From assembly GCF_037042905.1 (NCBI RefSeq), contig NC_087245.1:30630001-30694000 (forward strand): a stretch of 64,000 bases of DNA. Reading direction: 5' to 3'. Below the pieces are notes generated by a model. It ran no database searches. It saw only the letters and a program-made list of their open reading frames with translations, and was not told the DNA's origin. This document shows positions 52,631 through 64,000 of the stretch, one piece after another. The translations under genes were made by a program, and so were the position numbers. The DNA is from Lytechinus pictus. Taxonomy: Eukaryota. The first letter of the stretch is position 1. Each line of letters begins with the position of its first letter.

Positions 52631-53053
52631 TATGAATTAATCAAGTAATTAATAAAGGCAAAGAGAATAGATGGCTAACGTGGACTAATACATGTTTTCT
52701 GATATAGGCATTTGTTGAAAATAAAATAAATTAATTGCTTATAGTACTCTGTGATTACCATTTTAGGGTTATTATCTTCATTCACGAAGCCTTTAAATAT
52801 GGTTATTTCACATGTTAAATGAAGAAGTGTAGAATATTATTTTGTAGGCCTATACCCCTCTCAGAGGCACATTCAGATTTCTGAAATCTACTCGAAATGA
52901 ATAATTTAATCTACTTTGCCTGTATATCTTGTTCCTCTGTCTAGTAATTAAAAAGAAAATCACTAAATACTTTCAATTGCTGGTATCTCACAGAACTTTA
53001 GTTAAGAATAAATTATGGTAGGCCTCTTTTCTAAAGTACACTTGGTAAATCTG

Positions 53054-53325
53054 GGGCCTGTCTTACAAAGAGTTACGATTGATCCGATCAACCACAACTA
53101 CGGACGGCCAGCAACGTCAACATCTAAAGTGCAAATTTGTTCAAAATATTTTATAGATATGATGTATATTCATACATTCATCGTTCTCTTGAAGATTCAG
53201 TGTGATTCTCTTTGTTTGCTAAGGAGATTTTGCATACACATTTCCTGTAGAGGAAAACATGGTATGGATGGATTTCCATAGTTGAGATTGATTGGATCAA
53301 TCGTAACTCTTTGTAAGAAGGGGGC
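53054..53325. mobile_element. Harbinger-like MITE (CWG flanks)
   Basis: CTG|GGGCCTGTCTTACAAAGAGTTACGATTGATCC / GGATCAATCGTAACTCTTTGTAAGAAGGGGGC|CAG. Confidence 0.85.
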
Positions 53326-53421
53326 CAGAACGAGAAGTTTTCTCTGCATATGACATGCGGCTAAATTTTAAAATTTGTTATTTTGCTAGGATGATTGATC
53401 ATTAAATTAATATGTTATACC

Positions 53422-53555
53422 CATTGGCGGCGATCTCAGGGGATGGGAAAACATGCCCCCTCCCATCGATTTTCAAAGTTTGTTCAGCAGTTTATGGGAG
53501 GGGGATGGTCTCGTCCCCCTAGATGGACCAAAATATCGTGAAATCGCCGCCTATG
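53422..53555. mobile_element. Short hAT-like MITE
   Basis: TIR CATTGGCGGCGAT / ATCGCCGCCTATG; flanks GTTATACC vs GTTAACCT may be a degraded 8 bp TSD. Confidence 0.6.
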
Positions 53556-55030
53556 GTTAACCTACCTTTGTCTACTTGTATTCATTCTCGTACAGAACTT
53601 TTACCCCCACTACACCATCTCTTACTCTTCTGTCCCGCCGTCTCTTCCTTCCGTTGTCTCTCTTCTCTCCCTCTTGTATCCTCCGTCTCTGCAATTCTTT
53701 TCTGCACATCAGCAAAGATGATGGTCTACCTCTGAAGGGACTTTCACACTTGGTAGTGCGACCATTTGAGTTACGATATACTTTGCACAAAAAGCAATTC
53801 TCAAAAGTGGTCGAGCGACCAATTTTTGAAAGTCCCTTAAAGTGCATCCTCTCTACCCTTTTTCCACACAGCCCTTGGAGAATAGAGTGAACTTCATAAA
53901 TTGCATGTCCACATTAATAACCCTGATCCAATAATCACTTGCAATCAAATTTAGCAAACTTTCAGTTATCCTTAGATCCAAAACCTCATGATAGATGTTA
54001 AACATTTAACTTTATCCTACCGCAGAAGATTAACTTTTCGCATTGCAAATTTGAAATAATTATTCTTGCTTGGTTTCTTCCATATATTTTCTTAATGTCT
54101 CTAAATGCATTGATTATCATCACAGAATTAACAGTACATTGTACGATTCAAAATATTTCTGACAAATTATTTTCATGCAGTGAAGTTCGCTCTTGTAAAA
54201 TAAAACAAGATGATCCCCTATTTTCAATCACAATTTCACCGGGAATGTTGCAAAGTGCAATGTCATTGAGGTATTCATTGTGACAATTTACTTTTCATGA
54301 GTTTTCTTTTAGATTATGAAAAAATCTAACATTTTGGGTGCATGAATACTAAATTACTTCTCAAAACAAAAGGATAAAGCAGTATTTGCTGTAATATCAT
54401 AAATCATTTTTTGAAAGGAGGAAAAGTTTGCCATCAATTTCAATCCATTTTGCAACAATTAACTATGGGGGGGGGGGGGTCGTACATCACAAAAAGGATA
54501 TGATTATTAAGTGCAGAAAATGGTAATCCAAATAGTGAGGGTCTGTCAATGAAAATTTAAAAAAGAAATCCCTGCTTACTAATCACCAAATGTTCAGTGA
54601 CGAATCGGTCAGTAATGCATTAATTAAAATTTCATCTAGGCCGACCAGCCTCAAATTTTGGAAGATGCCTGATAAATTTGAATAAATACTAGCCTTCTAT
54701 ATTTGGTTTACCTTCTGCACATTCTACAACATAAATGCTGGCCGGTATACTGAAAGTCGTGTTATCTTTAGCATGACCCTTTGTGTCAAATTTCATATTT
54801 TTTCAAAATGATATTTATATTTGCTTTATACTGCATAAATGTCGAGATAAAAAGTGCAAGCAAGTCTATTTCTGAACAAAGTTTCACAGTATAAAGATGT
54901 GCAGAAATAAAGCATAACTGATATATTTTTCAAAGAAAAAGATCCCCCCAAAAAAAATTACAAGCTGCCAACGAACACCTTAAGCTGATAGTGGGGTTGC
55001 TGAGATAACACGATATTCAAAATACCAGTC

Positions 55031-55284
55031 ACCTGGGGGCCACTCAACTGTATTGCTGTACACTTGGCGACAAACAAAACGCATAAAAAGGGTACTTTTT
55101 GCTTTTCATGCACGTTTATAGGGTGTAAAAAAGGCCAAAATTGGAGAAAAAAACTTATTTTTTAAGGGGGAAAAAACATGAATAGGGTATACATTTGACC
55201 AATGGATAAAGCTTGCCTAGGGATGGTTTTATAAAAGCTGTGGTCACACGTGTGTAAAGCAATGCAATTAAGTGGCCACCTGGG
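55031..55284. mobile_element. MITE with 6-7 bp TSD (ACCAGT[C])
   Basis: ACCAGTC|ACCTGGGGGCCACT...AGTGGCCACCTGGG|ACCAGTC. Confidence 0.7.
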
Positions 55285-55294
55285 ACCAGTCCTG

Positions 55295-55757
55295 GGCCCC
55301 GTTTTGCATAAAAGTTAATACGAAATAGTGATATGGATCCTAATCGAATGATTGGCTGAAATTTATCATGTGACCAGTCATGGTTTTGAGATAAGGATCC
55401 ATATCACCATTTGGTATAGCAAAATTACACATTTTGATTGGGTATTAGAATAATTACACACTCGTTCACTTTGACAAAGGTACCTTGTGTGTGTGTAATT
55501 ATTAGTAATGCCCTTCATGTGTATAATTTGTGTACTATTAAAGTAAGAACAAAAATACTATATGATGCAACTTCTGAAGGTTGGCCAAAAAAGAAAAATA
55601 ATAGTGTAGTAGGTTTCATGGTACACCATGCATCTTAGGCAAGTGTTTGGGTGGTCCTTTTCAAGACCAACACTTTCCCCAAAAAGATACATGGTGTACT
55701 GTGAAACCTAGTACGACACTAAAATTACTATAATAGTACATTTTATGCAATGGGGCC
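55295..55757. mobile_element. Harbinger-like MITE (CWG flanks) with an internal palindrome
   Basis: CTG|GGCCCCGTTTTGCATAAAA / TTTTATGCAATGGGGCC|CAG; internal inverted repeat GTGATATGGATCC / GGATCCATATCAC at ~55,328-55,407. Confidence 0.7.
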
Positions 55758-58156
55758 CAGGGGCGGGGGGGAGAGGGGGTGGGGTGGGTTATGAATAGTG
55801 CCAAATTTAGAATACAAAAAGGGGAGTACTAGGCAGTAGAGAAATACACGAATGAGGAAAAAAGAAATATTTTATTTATTTTCCAATGGATTTATTGAAA
55901 AAATAGACAAAAAAAAAATCAGCAGCCCAGAAGATTCATTCAAGTATACAAGATACCATAGCAGCCGACCTCTTGATTCAATGGGGCAAACCCTGACCCT
56001 CACAAAATGACCAGCCGCCTAGTCGGAGCTTGGGTCTTCTTGTCAAAATCACACAATACATGATGACATCACTACCTTGAGACCTATTTTTCAATGTACA
56101 GAGACGGGCACTGAATACTGTTGTGCATGGTATACAACTTGCCACAATGGAAGTGCTTTTATCAATGAAATGTTGTGTAGCCAATAGTATGCAAGACAAT
56201 GCATTGATTTTTGAAGTTTGGGGGCAACAGTTACTCTTTTTTTTTTTTGGGGGGGGATTTATTTTTCCTAAAAAATGAATTTTAATTTGCTCCCTTTCTC
56301 ACAACCACCCCCTCCCCTCTCAACCCTTTAACACAAATGGCAGTAGATCCACCGATTGTGCACTCTTCCCATACCTCCTTGTACTATCCATCCAGGGAAG
56401 AATTTTGTGAAGATTTTGGAGCAAATTAGTGATAATCACTAAAAAAACTTGTTATGAAAAAATGCTCCCTGTATCTGCCCATTTTCAATCATTTCACATC
56501 ATTTCAACATAAATTATCCATGACTGATACTACAGTGTTCTAATTTTCAATTAATATTTCTGATTATTAATCATATTCACATTTCATATTTTTATTATTC
56601 GTTTAATTTTATTTCTTTAAAATTTATCTATTTATCTTTTTTTTTTTTTTTGAGCAAATGGAATATATTACAAATATATTGCAAATAAATATACCCTTTT
56701 CTGCACATGATGCAATTGTGTTTCTGAACACTGCATTTTGATCAAAATAGAAACCAATAGGGGAAAAAATTATTTTTCCCTTGTTAAGCTAATCTAATGA
56801 GTCACCATCATACATGAACCAAATGTTTGCTTGCATACTGTATCCATCATGCAACCATGAACTCTGAGTGATCAGGCGAGGCACCGACAATGATAGATAG
56901 ATCTAATAGGGAGGGACCCTAACATAGGCTTGTCCTGAGGGAGTACACTTCATATCCCACAATGGTTTATAATCCCCCATCAATCATTGCAATACAATGC
57001 ATGAACCATTGTCATGAAGGCAAAACATCAAATTTCAGAGAAGACACCAATAAAAAAATAAAAAATCTTTCCATGGATATAAGGAACCATTCCTTCAGCC
57101 GAATCGTCATCAACAACCAATGACAACTCTCACAGACAGCACCCAATAAAATTGCCCAATCTTGTTCCAGACTGGATAGAGGAAACCACTTCTTTCCCCA
57201 AAGGATCATGGGGAGTTGGAACAATCTACCAAAAACATGCAATGTCAAACAGCACCCAACCACACTGGATATAGGAAACCATTTCTTTAGCCAAAGGGAC
57301 ACCTGGAAAAATCTACCAATCACTGCCCTACCAACAGACCGGAAGATGGATGAATGAACAGCCTTGCACTACTTCATGTCAAGCTTCAGGACCTGGCTGA
57401 TAAAACCTCTCTTGACATGATCAGAGGATCAGGAACCATGAGCAAAGAGGGAAATAATTCTATGATGGTTTGGAATTATGCATTGTATGATCATTGCAAA
57501 GAAAGTGAAAGACTCGCGATTTCCTTTGAAAGATTTCTAGATGGCACAAGATCAAAGGATAAGCAAATTAATCATTGAGTGGAGGCCCTTCTCCAAACTG
57601 GCAATGATAAGCAGGTACATATTACCTATCAAGCCCGGGAGGGTTTCTGCAATAAATCTGTAAAGATCAGTGGCGGCCGAACAGAAGCGTTGTTATCGTA
57701 ACAGAACGCTAACAGTAGGGCCAGTCACATCTTTTACGGGCGACCACTGCCTAGACGCATTGTTTTCACTAACAGGGCACTAAAAGTAGGTCTACCGGTA
57801 TCGATAAACTCACAGAAGCTTAGCCGAATTCCTAATAATCTAACAATAAAAGGCCAGCAGAAGCTAACAGTGGCACTAATGTTAATACAAATCACTAACA
57901 GTGCCAAGGGCACCAATAGTGACGATGTTAGTGAATAATATCTCCCTTTAAAACTTGTCTCCCTTTCTTACACCAATGCAATTTCTGTATGTAGCCAAAA
58001 TTCATAAATGTATAATTATTTTACCTTAATTACAAGCTATTGACTTTATGTTTTTATGAATGAAATATTGATGATAATTTCCATCAAAAAACAATAAAAA
58101 CAAAGAAATACATAGGTAAGCAAAAAATTGTTGACAATCCTCTTGAGAGTGTCCAT

Positions 58157-58782
58157 GGCTGGTATTAAATTGAAAGTATTGATTTTGTAAGTATTTTACT
58201 TAGCATTTTATTTGGCAAAGTAAAATACTCAATTCAGATCACGTCTAAGTATTTTACTTTATAAAAAAAATATTACCCGGTATATGGTTCAGTCAAGTTG
58301 GTCCTCAATGTCCAATTGGTAAAAATTGAAATATTAAAGATATTAAAACAATTTAAAAAAGAAATAGTGAGGGACATCATGGATTCTCTCATTTGCAGAT
58401 TACTGAATTGTGCATATAACTGTTCCGTGAAAAATAAGTTTTACTTCCGATTTTGATTAAATTTTCAGTGTTGCACTTGTTTGATTTTTCTCTATTTATT
58501 CAAATCAACATTTTTCTGGGAAGGACTTGGTCATTTTGACGTCGTGATAAAGTTTGAGCCGAATAATGCGCAATGTTATCATCTGTGCACAGAATTTTTT
58601 ACTGTGCGTACCAAGTTTGCAAGCTAGACTTAAGTCTGGTATGTGGCTGACCTAGATTTAAGCCAAATACTTAGCCAAAAAAATGCAATTGAATACCAAA
58701 GACGGATAAGTGTTTTACTTGAGCAAAATACTGAGTAAAATACTTAAAATTCTGGCTTAAGTATCAAAATGAATACTGGCCC
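58157..58782. mobile_element. Degenerate Harbinger-like MITE containing a partial inverted Kolobok-like MITE (~58,280-58,530)
   Basis: Termini GGCTGGTATT / AATACTGGCC, with AGTATTTTACT / AGTAAAATACT arms. The inner segment is the reverse complement of ~35,965-36,245. Confidence 0.6.
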
Positions 58783-59119
58783 TATATATCAACGACCGAG
58801 ATCTAAGGGGAGGGGGGGGGGGCTGAAAAAGCCTACCCTCTCCCTTGCTTTCAAATTTCAAAATAGCCTGGGCTACATGGGGTTAACAGAGTAACTTCCC
58901 CTCACTTTAAGGGATTATATTTCTGAACACCTGAACGTGATGAAATTCGCTCTACACAGGAATCCATTCAAATTCTTTCCAAAGAAAGAGCGTTTCCTCC
59001 TGGACGCAGATATTCAATGTCGACAAAGACTTTTAAAAATCTGCCTTATCAGAAGCAAAAAAAATGCATTGTGGTTTAGAGTTACAGCCTATTAAGGCAG
59101 AAAATGGATGCAGATATAC

Positions 59120-59460
59120 ATAGCTTCCCTTTTGGTAAACAATATTGGCAAGCATAAGGAGCAAAAAAGCCAATATAGAGTCAAAGTCTTTATTGACTTC
59201 GACTCCATAATATTAAGACTTCACATTGCCTTTCATTTCAGAGTCAAATAAATCCTGGAAAATCCAATAAACACAGGAAAATATCAAATGGGTGAAAAAA
59301 GACACAATTGACAAACTGGAACTAGATCCACTGAGAATTCCTCTAACGCCACCACAAAGAGGCCAACACTCTCGCAAGATATCAGCATTTGTAAGTCCAA
59401 GAAGGGTGTGACTTGCATGAGGTTTGGAAGAGCTCTGGATATTGTGTATAAAGCTGAGAG
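59120..59460 (-). pseudogene. Possible highly decayed L1/Tx1-type ORF2 C-terminus
   Basis: Minus-strand frames give LYTISR..PVCQLC (frameshift) THLIFSC..LLLMLANIVYQK, loosely resembling the CCHC-containing C-terminus of L1/Tx1 RTs. Weak. Confidence 0.3.
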
Positions 59461-60902
59461 GAACATCATTCCTTGTGGCCAGACAGTGCAAACCAGGTTT
59501 TGATCGATCTTGATCAATGTCACCGAGCTCCAAAGCTAGTCTGCGGGCACAGACCCTTTGATCAACAAGTGTGCCTCCACGCAAAGACTAGCACATACAA
59601 AACTTGCAGCACACAAGGCATGAGTAGGCTGCACATTCACACCCTTAACTCGAGTGAAGGGTTTGCCCAGCAGACTACTCCAAAGCCATATTGGCTAAAC
59701 CGCTCCACCAATATTTCAATGTGGGTCAACTTGCAACACTATACTGGTAAGGCTCTAGAAATCCAAATTTGACATTACACTTCTAAAACAAGATTCCAGA
59801 CTTACATATATGGCTCTGATTGAAGGAGGAGGTTTTTTTTATTACACATTGTGGAAAAACCATTGAAGTGCACAACCCTCATAAAAATGGGTGAAAAATT
59901 TTCATCCGAGGTTGAAGATTTGGGTAGACAAACCTATGTTGAGGATCCACCCTGATCATCACATATCTAAACATTCGTGCAGTCCACATTATCTCTTCAC
60001 ATTCTGTGATTACACGAAGGATACATGCTCAGCATCAGAAGGTTCATGTAGGTACATGGTGAAATGCCCGCAATAAAGCTTGAAATATTGCTTCAAATTA
60101 GTCTGACCCCCCAAAAATAACACATACAGAAAAGAACAAATATATTGCAAAGTAATTCACATTGCTCTATCATTGCTTAGCAATGAAAAAAAGAATAAGA
60201 TCAAATTCTGTTTATAAAAATTGTTCATCCTTTTAGCACATTATTAAATCAGTCATGGTAAATATCATGTTGAAACAATGTGAAATAAAGATGTGGTTAG
60301 AGCAGCAGCCAGAACAGATAGTACTGGGAGGTATATAAATAGACTGTAATCGATGGATTGACACATACCCAACAAAAGGATACGGGAAGGGGAAGAAATA
60401 ACAGTAAAAGAGAAGGGATTACAGTCGTTACGAGAGAAAATCCTGATATGGGGACTATTGCTTCTCAATATTTTCACAAAGGTTACTGCCCCCAGTATAT
60501 AATTACTGGAAAACCCGTTGCATTGTCTTGCATACTCTAGGCTACACAAAATATCATTGAAATCATTATTAAAGCACTTACATTGTGGTAAGTTGCATAC
60601 CATGCACAGCAGTGTCCAGTGCCCTTCTCTGCACACTGAAAAATAGATCTCTCGGTAGCGATGTCACTAAGTGTGTGATTCTGGCAGGAAGACCCCAGCT
60701 CAAACCAAGTCAGCAAGCCATGTTTGTGAGGGTGTAGGGCCTACACCATTGATCGATATGGTCAACTGCTATGGTCCTGCAACTTGAATGAATCTTCCAG
60801 GCTGCTGGTCTTACAATTTATTTTTTTTTAAAGAAGAAAAATACAATTAATGAATACAAAGCAAGTACATTTTGTATGTAACACATATAATCATACACTG
60901 TA

Positions 60903-61155
60903 CAGGTGTGGATCCAGAGTCAGACTTTTACGGGGCAATTTTGTCCCAAAAAAATTGACAATTAAAAAAATAAACAGTATAAGGTCATCAGTACAAAATG
61001 AAAACGTTTCTTCTGAAAAGCTTGACAAGCAAAAAAAAAAGGTAATTGCTCATTTAACAGGGTGCACAATTAAGGCATCCATGGGGTGCACCAATTCATT
61101 TCACAATTTTACTGGGTGACCCGAAGCTTCCACCATCCCCCTGGATCCGCGCCTG
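60903..61155. mobile_element. hAT-like MITE
   Basis: TIR CAGGTGTGGATCCAG / CTGGATCCGCGCCTG; no convincing TSD. Confidence 0.6.
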
Positions 61156-61689
61156 ATGTAAAGCAGGTCCAAGCTATCTGACATTAAGAAACAAATCAAA
61201 GAGATGTTTCACAAAGATTAAACATAATTTAAAAAAAATCACTCTCAAATTTATACTTTTTTAAAGAAAATAATGGATCACTGGATTGATTGAATCACGC
61301 TCAGAGAACGCACTGTACTATGTCTATGAAATGATGAGACTGTGCATCAAATATCATGAGCTAGTTGAAAACTTCAGAAAAAAAAATCAAGTTGGATTTT
61401 ATACCTTTTTTGTGAAACACTTCCCAGAATTGTTTTGCTTGTGTAATAAAACTCTTCCCCAAAAAACAAAAAATATCCAACAATATGAAAGCACTTTTTA
61501 ACACTAGACCTACCTACTATTTTTGTTTTCCTCCAAAAAAGCACATGACTGGTTCCATATATTACTATAGCACTGTGGAATATTTGAAAGAAACTAGATG
61601 GAACCTCCACTGCATGCAGTCAAACTTATGCCTCTGACATTGCCAGATGAAGAATATTTTACACAGCTTACTTCCAAAAATTTCAAATA

Positions 61690-62210
61690 ACTTCTGTGAC
61701 TTATGATCTCGTGACCAGAATAATCTAATCAGATCTTCACACACAAATGCATATATGACCCAAGTTTGACATTGATCCCTCAAACAAATCTTCAGTTTAT
61801 CGCAAGAAAGATTTATTTTCAGGTATACAATGACCCAAGTTTGAAGTTGCACCATCAAAAGGTCATTTCAAAAGAAGATATTTTGGAATATAAAAGGACC
61901 TTTTTAGCCTTTGACCTTATAACCCCCAAAGGTAATATAATAATTGCCCTTCTGGTATGCATGTACAGGAACCAAGTTCTTCAATTATTAAGAGAATGAG
62001 ATATGCAGTGTATAATAATATTTTAGCCCTTTGACCCCATGACCAAGAAAAAACGATTGCTCAAAATAAAGACATCAGCTAAAAATTTGAAAAAAGGAGA
62101 CAGTAGTTTTAGCCTAACATGCCAGATATGGTCAGTTTTGAGAAATTCAAGTTGGTCTCATAGTGCCCAATAGCTTACTATCATAGATTTTGAGATATTG
62201 TACACAGATT
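61690..62210. repeat. Degenerate TGACC-rich interspersed repeat (possibly Helitron-associated)
   Basis: Repeated ATGACCCAAGTTTGA (61,756 and 61,830) and TTTAGCC.TTTGACC (~61,903 and ~62,022). Boundaries are approximate. Confidence 0.4.
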
Positions 62211-62237
62211 TTATTTAAGATGCACATGGCTTTTTAA

Positions 62238-62632
62238 AGGTAAATGCTAGTTTTGGTAACGATATCAAAATGAGTTCGTGCAGAATCCAATGAAATGACC
62301 ACCAAAGTGTCTGTTTGTATAAATAAAACGCATGTGCCAAAGGATTCTGGAAGAAATTGTGTAATTGCTGAGAAATCAGCAAATAAGCAAAGGATTCGGG
62401 TAGAGCGTCGGGCCCGACGCTCAAAGCAATAATTATACACTGTCCCACGTGCGCTTATCTGTGTTGGGGAAGTTCAGTCTGAACATTTTTCAGCGTAGAT
62501 TTCAAGATTTCACAAAGTTCAGTTTATGTAACTGTACCAGATCTAGATCCTCGATGATATACTGACAATTAAGCCTGGTTTTACAGACTTTCTCATGAAA
62601 TCAGTGTTTACTGCAACTACTGGAATTTCTCT
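62238..62632. mobile_element. Kolobok-like MITE (third family), TTAA TSD
   Basis: TTAA|AGGTAAATGCTAGT..GGTAAC / GTTTAC..ACTGGAATTTCTCT|TTAA. Confidence 0.65.
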
Positions 62633-64000
62633 TTAAATGACATACCCTAATTGTAAAGCAACATATAATGACATATGTGACATTTGAATGCATGGCACCA
62701 AATTCTACTTGGATCATTGCCACTTCCATATCAATACTTGAACCAAGTTTGAATTGTTCAAACCATTCTGTAGCTAGATAAACAGACAGATAACCCAGAA
62801 GAATAATGGCTATGGCAACCACCTATGGTCAGTCGAAAAAAAAAAAAAAATTATTCACCAGTATTTAACATTTCCAAGATACAGTCCAGCATGCATCACT
62901 TCACCTATAAAACATTTGTCAGGCATTGACTATTTGACTTCATAATTCTGATTCAATAAGATTAAAACAGAGAGGCTATACAGGGACGTGCCCCTTATAA
63001 TCACCTGAACTAGTACAGTGGGTAAACTATTGACAAATATTTGTGTGAAATTTTTACATATAGGTTCGCTTCTAATATAAATTGAAATTGTACATTTTAG
63101 GCTGTATCTATTAAACTATAATTGATGTGTCGATGACTAATTCAATAGAAAAGTAGAATTTCATATAAAAATTTAGTAAAAATTCCTTGGAATATTTTCA
63201 TTGACCTAAGCAACACTGTTGAATCACCAGACCACAGTATAGGCCTACTAACAAGCTTTAGAACTCCAGCAACAGGGCACCTCTGTCAAAGTCTGGAAAT
63301 GAGAAACTGTATATCTTGATCCCTGTATTTTCCACTATTGACCCTGGCTTAAAAGTGACTGGTCAGAAATTGCATTGATCAATTTGCTAATAGTTAATAA
63401 CCATTACATTAAAGCTTTATGGAATATAGACTTGTGCTTTCAATTTTTGGTTAGCCTTTCTGTTCACTGACCCCAAACCCAAAATAACCTTTGATATTGG
63501 TCTAGTTACCTGAAATTACAAAAAAGTAAATTTGTCAATCTTGTATAATTTTTCTCATTTGAGCTCTAGATAACTGGTCCCATTTAGCTCTTTGATCACA
63601 AATGAACCCTAAGATCTTTTTTCCACATCTAAAGTTTTTCTTGTACGTAAAGATATAAACATAATAAATTCTACAAATAAATCTTCAAGTTAAATTACAC
63701 ACACTTTGCAGCACTCACTGGAGTTCTTAGCTATATCCCGACGAGGCCTGGTGCTCTCGTGCTTGCTGCCCCGTTCACCGACAATTTAAGGGACAAGCCC
63801 GGTCAGCTCACTACTCACAGGAGCTCTAGCAAATGAGGACAACAGCTCCCCAACAGGACGCCAATCAGACCAGTGAGTGATGACAAAACAATGTTTAGAT
63901 GTGAACAATAAACAAGAATAGTTATTTTCTAATAAACCAGGGTATGGTTTGAGAGGCATAGCTAATGAGCAGGTGACAATCAATAAATTTGGCACACATA

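Noticed and set aside
63700..64000. GC-richer segment with GTGAGT donor-like motifs
   Set aside because: There is no supportable ORF or domain, and it is cut by the window edge.

Overview
Eukaryotic, repeat-dominated window with no recognisable host protein-coding gene. The repeat types resemble those of marine invertebrates such as sea urchins; this is an inference only. Positions 1-~43,170 are one single-orientation, C-rich satellite array built on a ~26-35 bp monomer (consensus ~GTCGAACATCAATTCGGCGCCCCTAG). The array is layered. A near-identical ~4.37 kb higher-order repeat (HOR) domain runs to ~28.4 kb and contains a ~12.9 kb tandem duplication with a readable junction at ~14,225. An intermediate domain with ~1.8-2.2 kb units runs to ~34.4 kb, and a degenerate edge follows. 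Five 5'-truncated CR1/L2-group LINE fragments interrupt the array: one young with an uninterrupted RT C-terminal ORF in the homogeneous domain, and four decayed ones at the edge. The remaining ~21 kb is AT-rich flank with many non-autonomous DNA transposons (TTAA-flanked Kolobok-like, CWG-flanked Harbinger-like, CACT..AGTG, hAT-like, a TA-flanked foldback), a tRNA-derived SINE and a 28 bp minisatellite. Almost all ORFs in the track are artefacts of these repeats. The strongest leads are the centromere-edge-like layered satellite, its similarity to the sub-repeat of a nearby foldback transposon, and a covarying three-stem RNA structure shared by three different LINE 3' ends.
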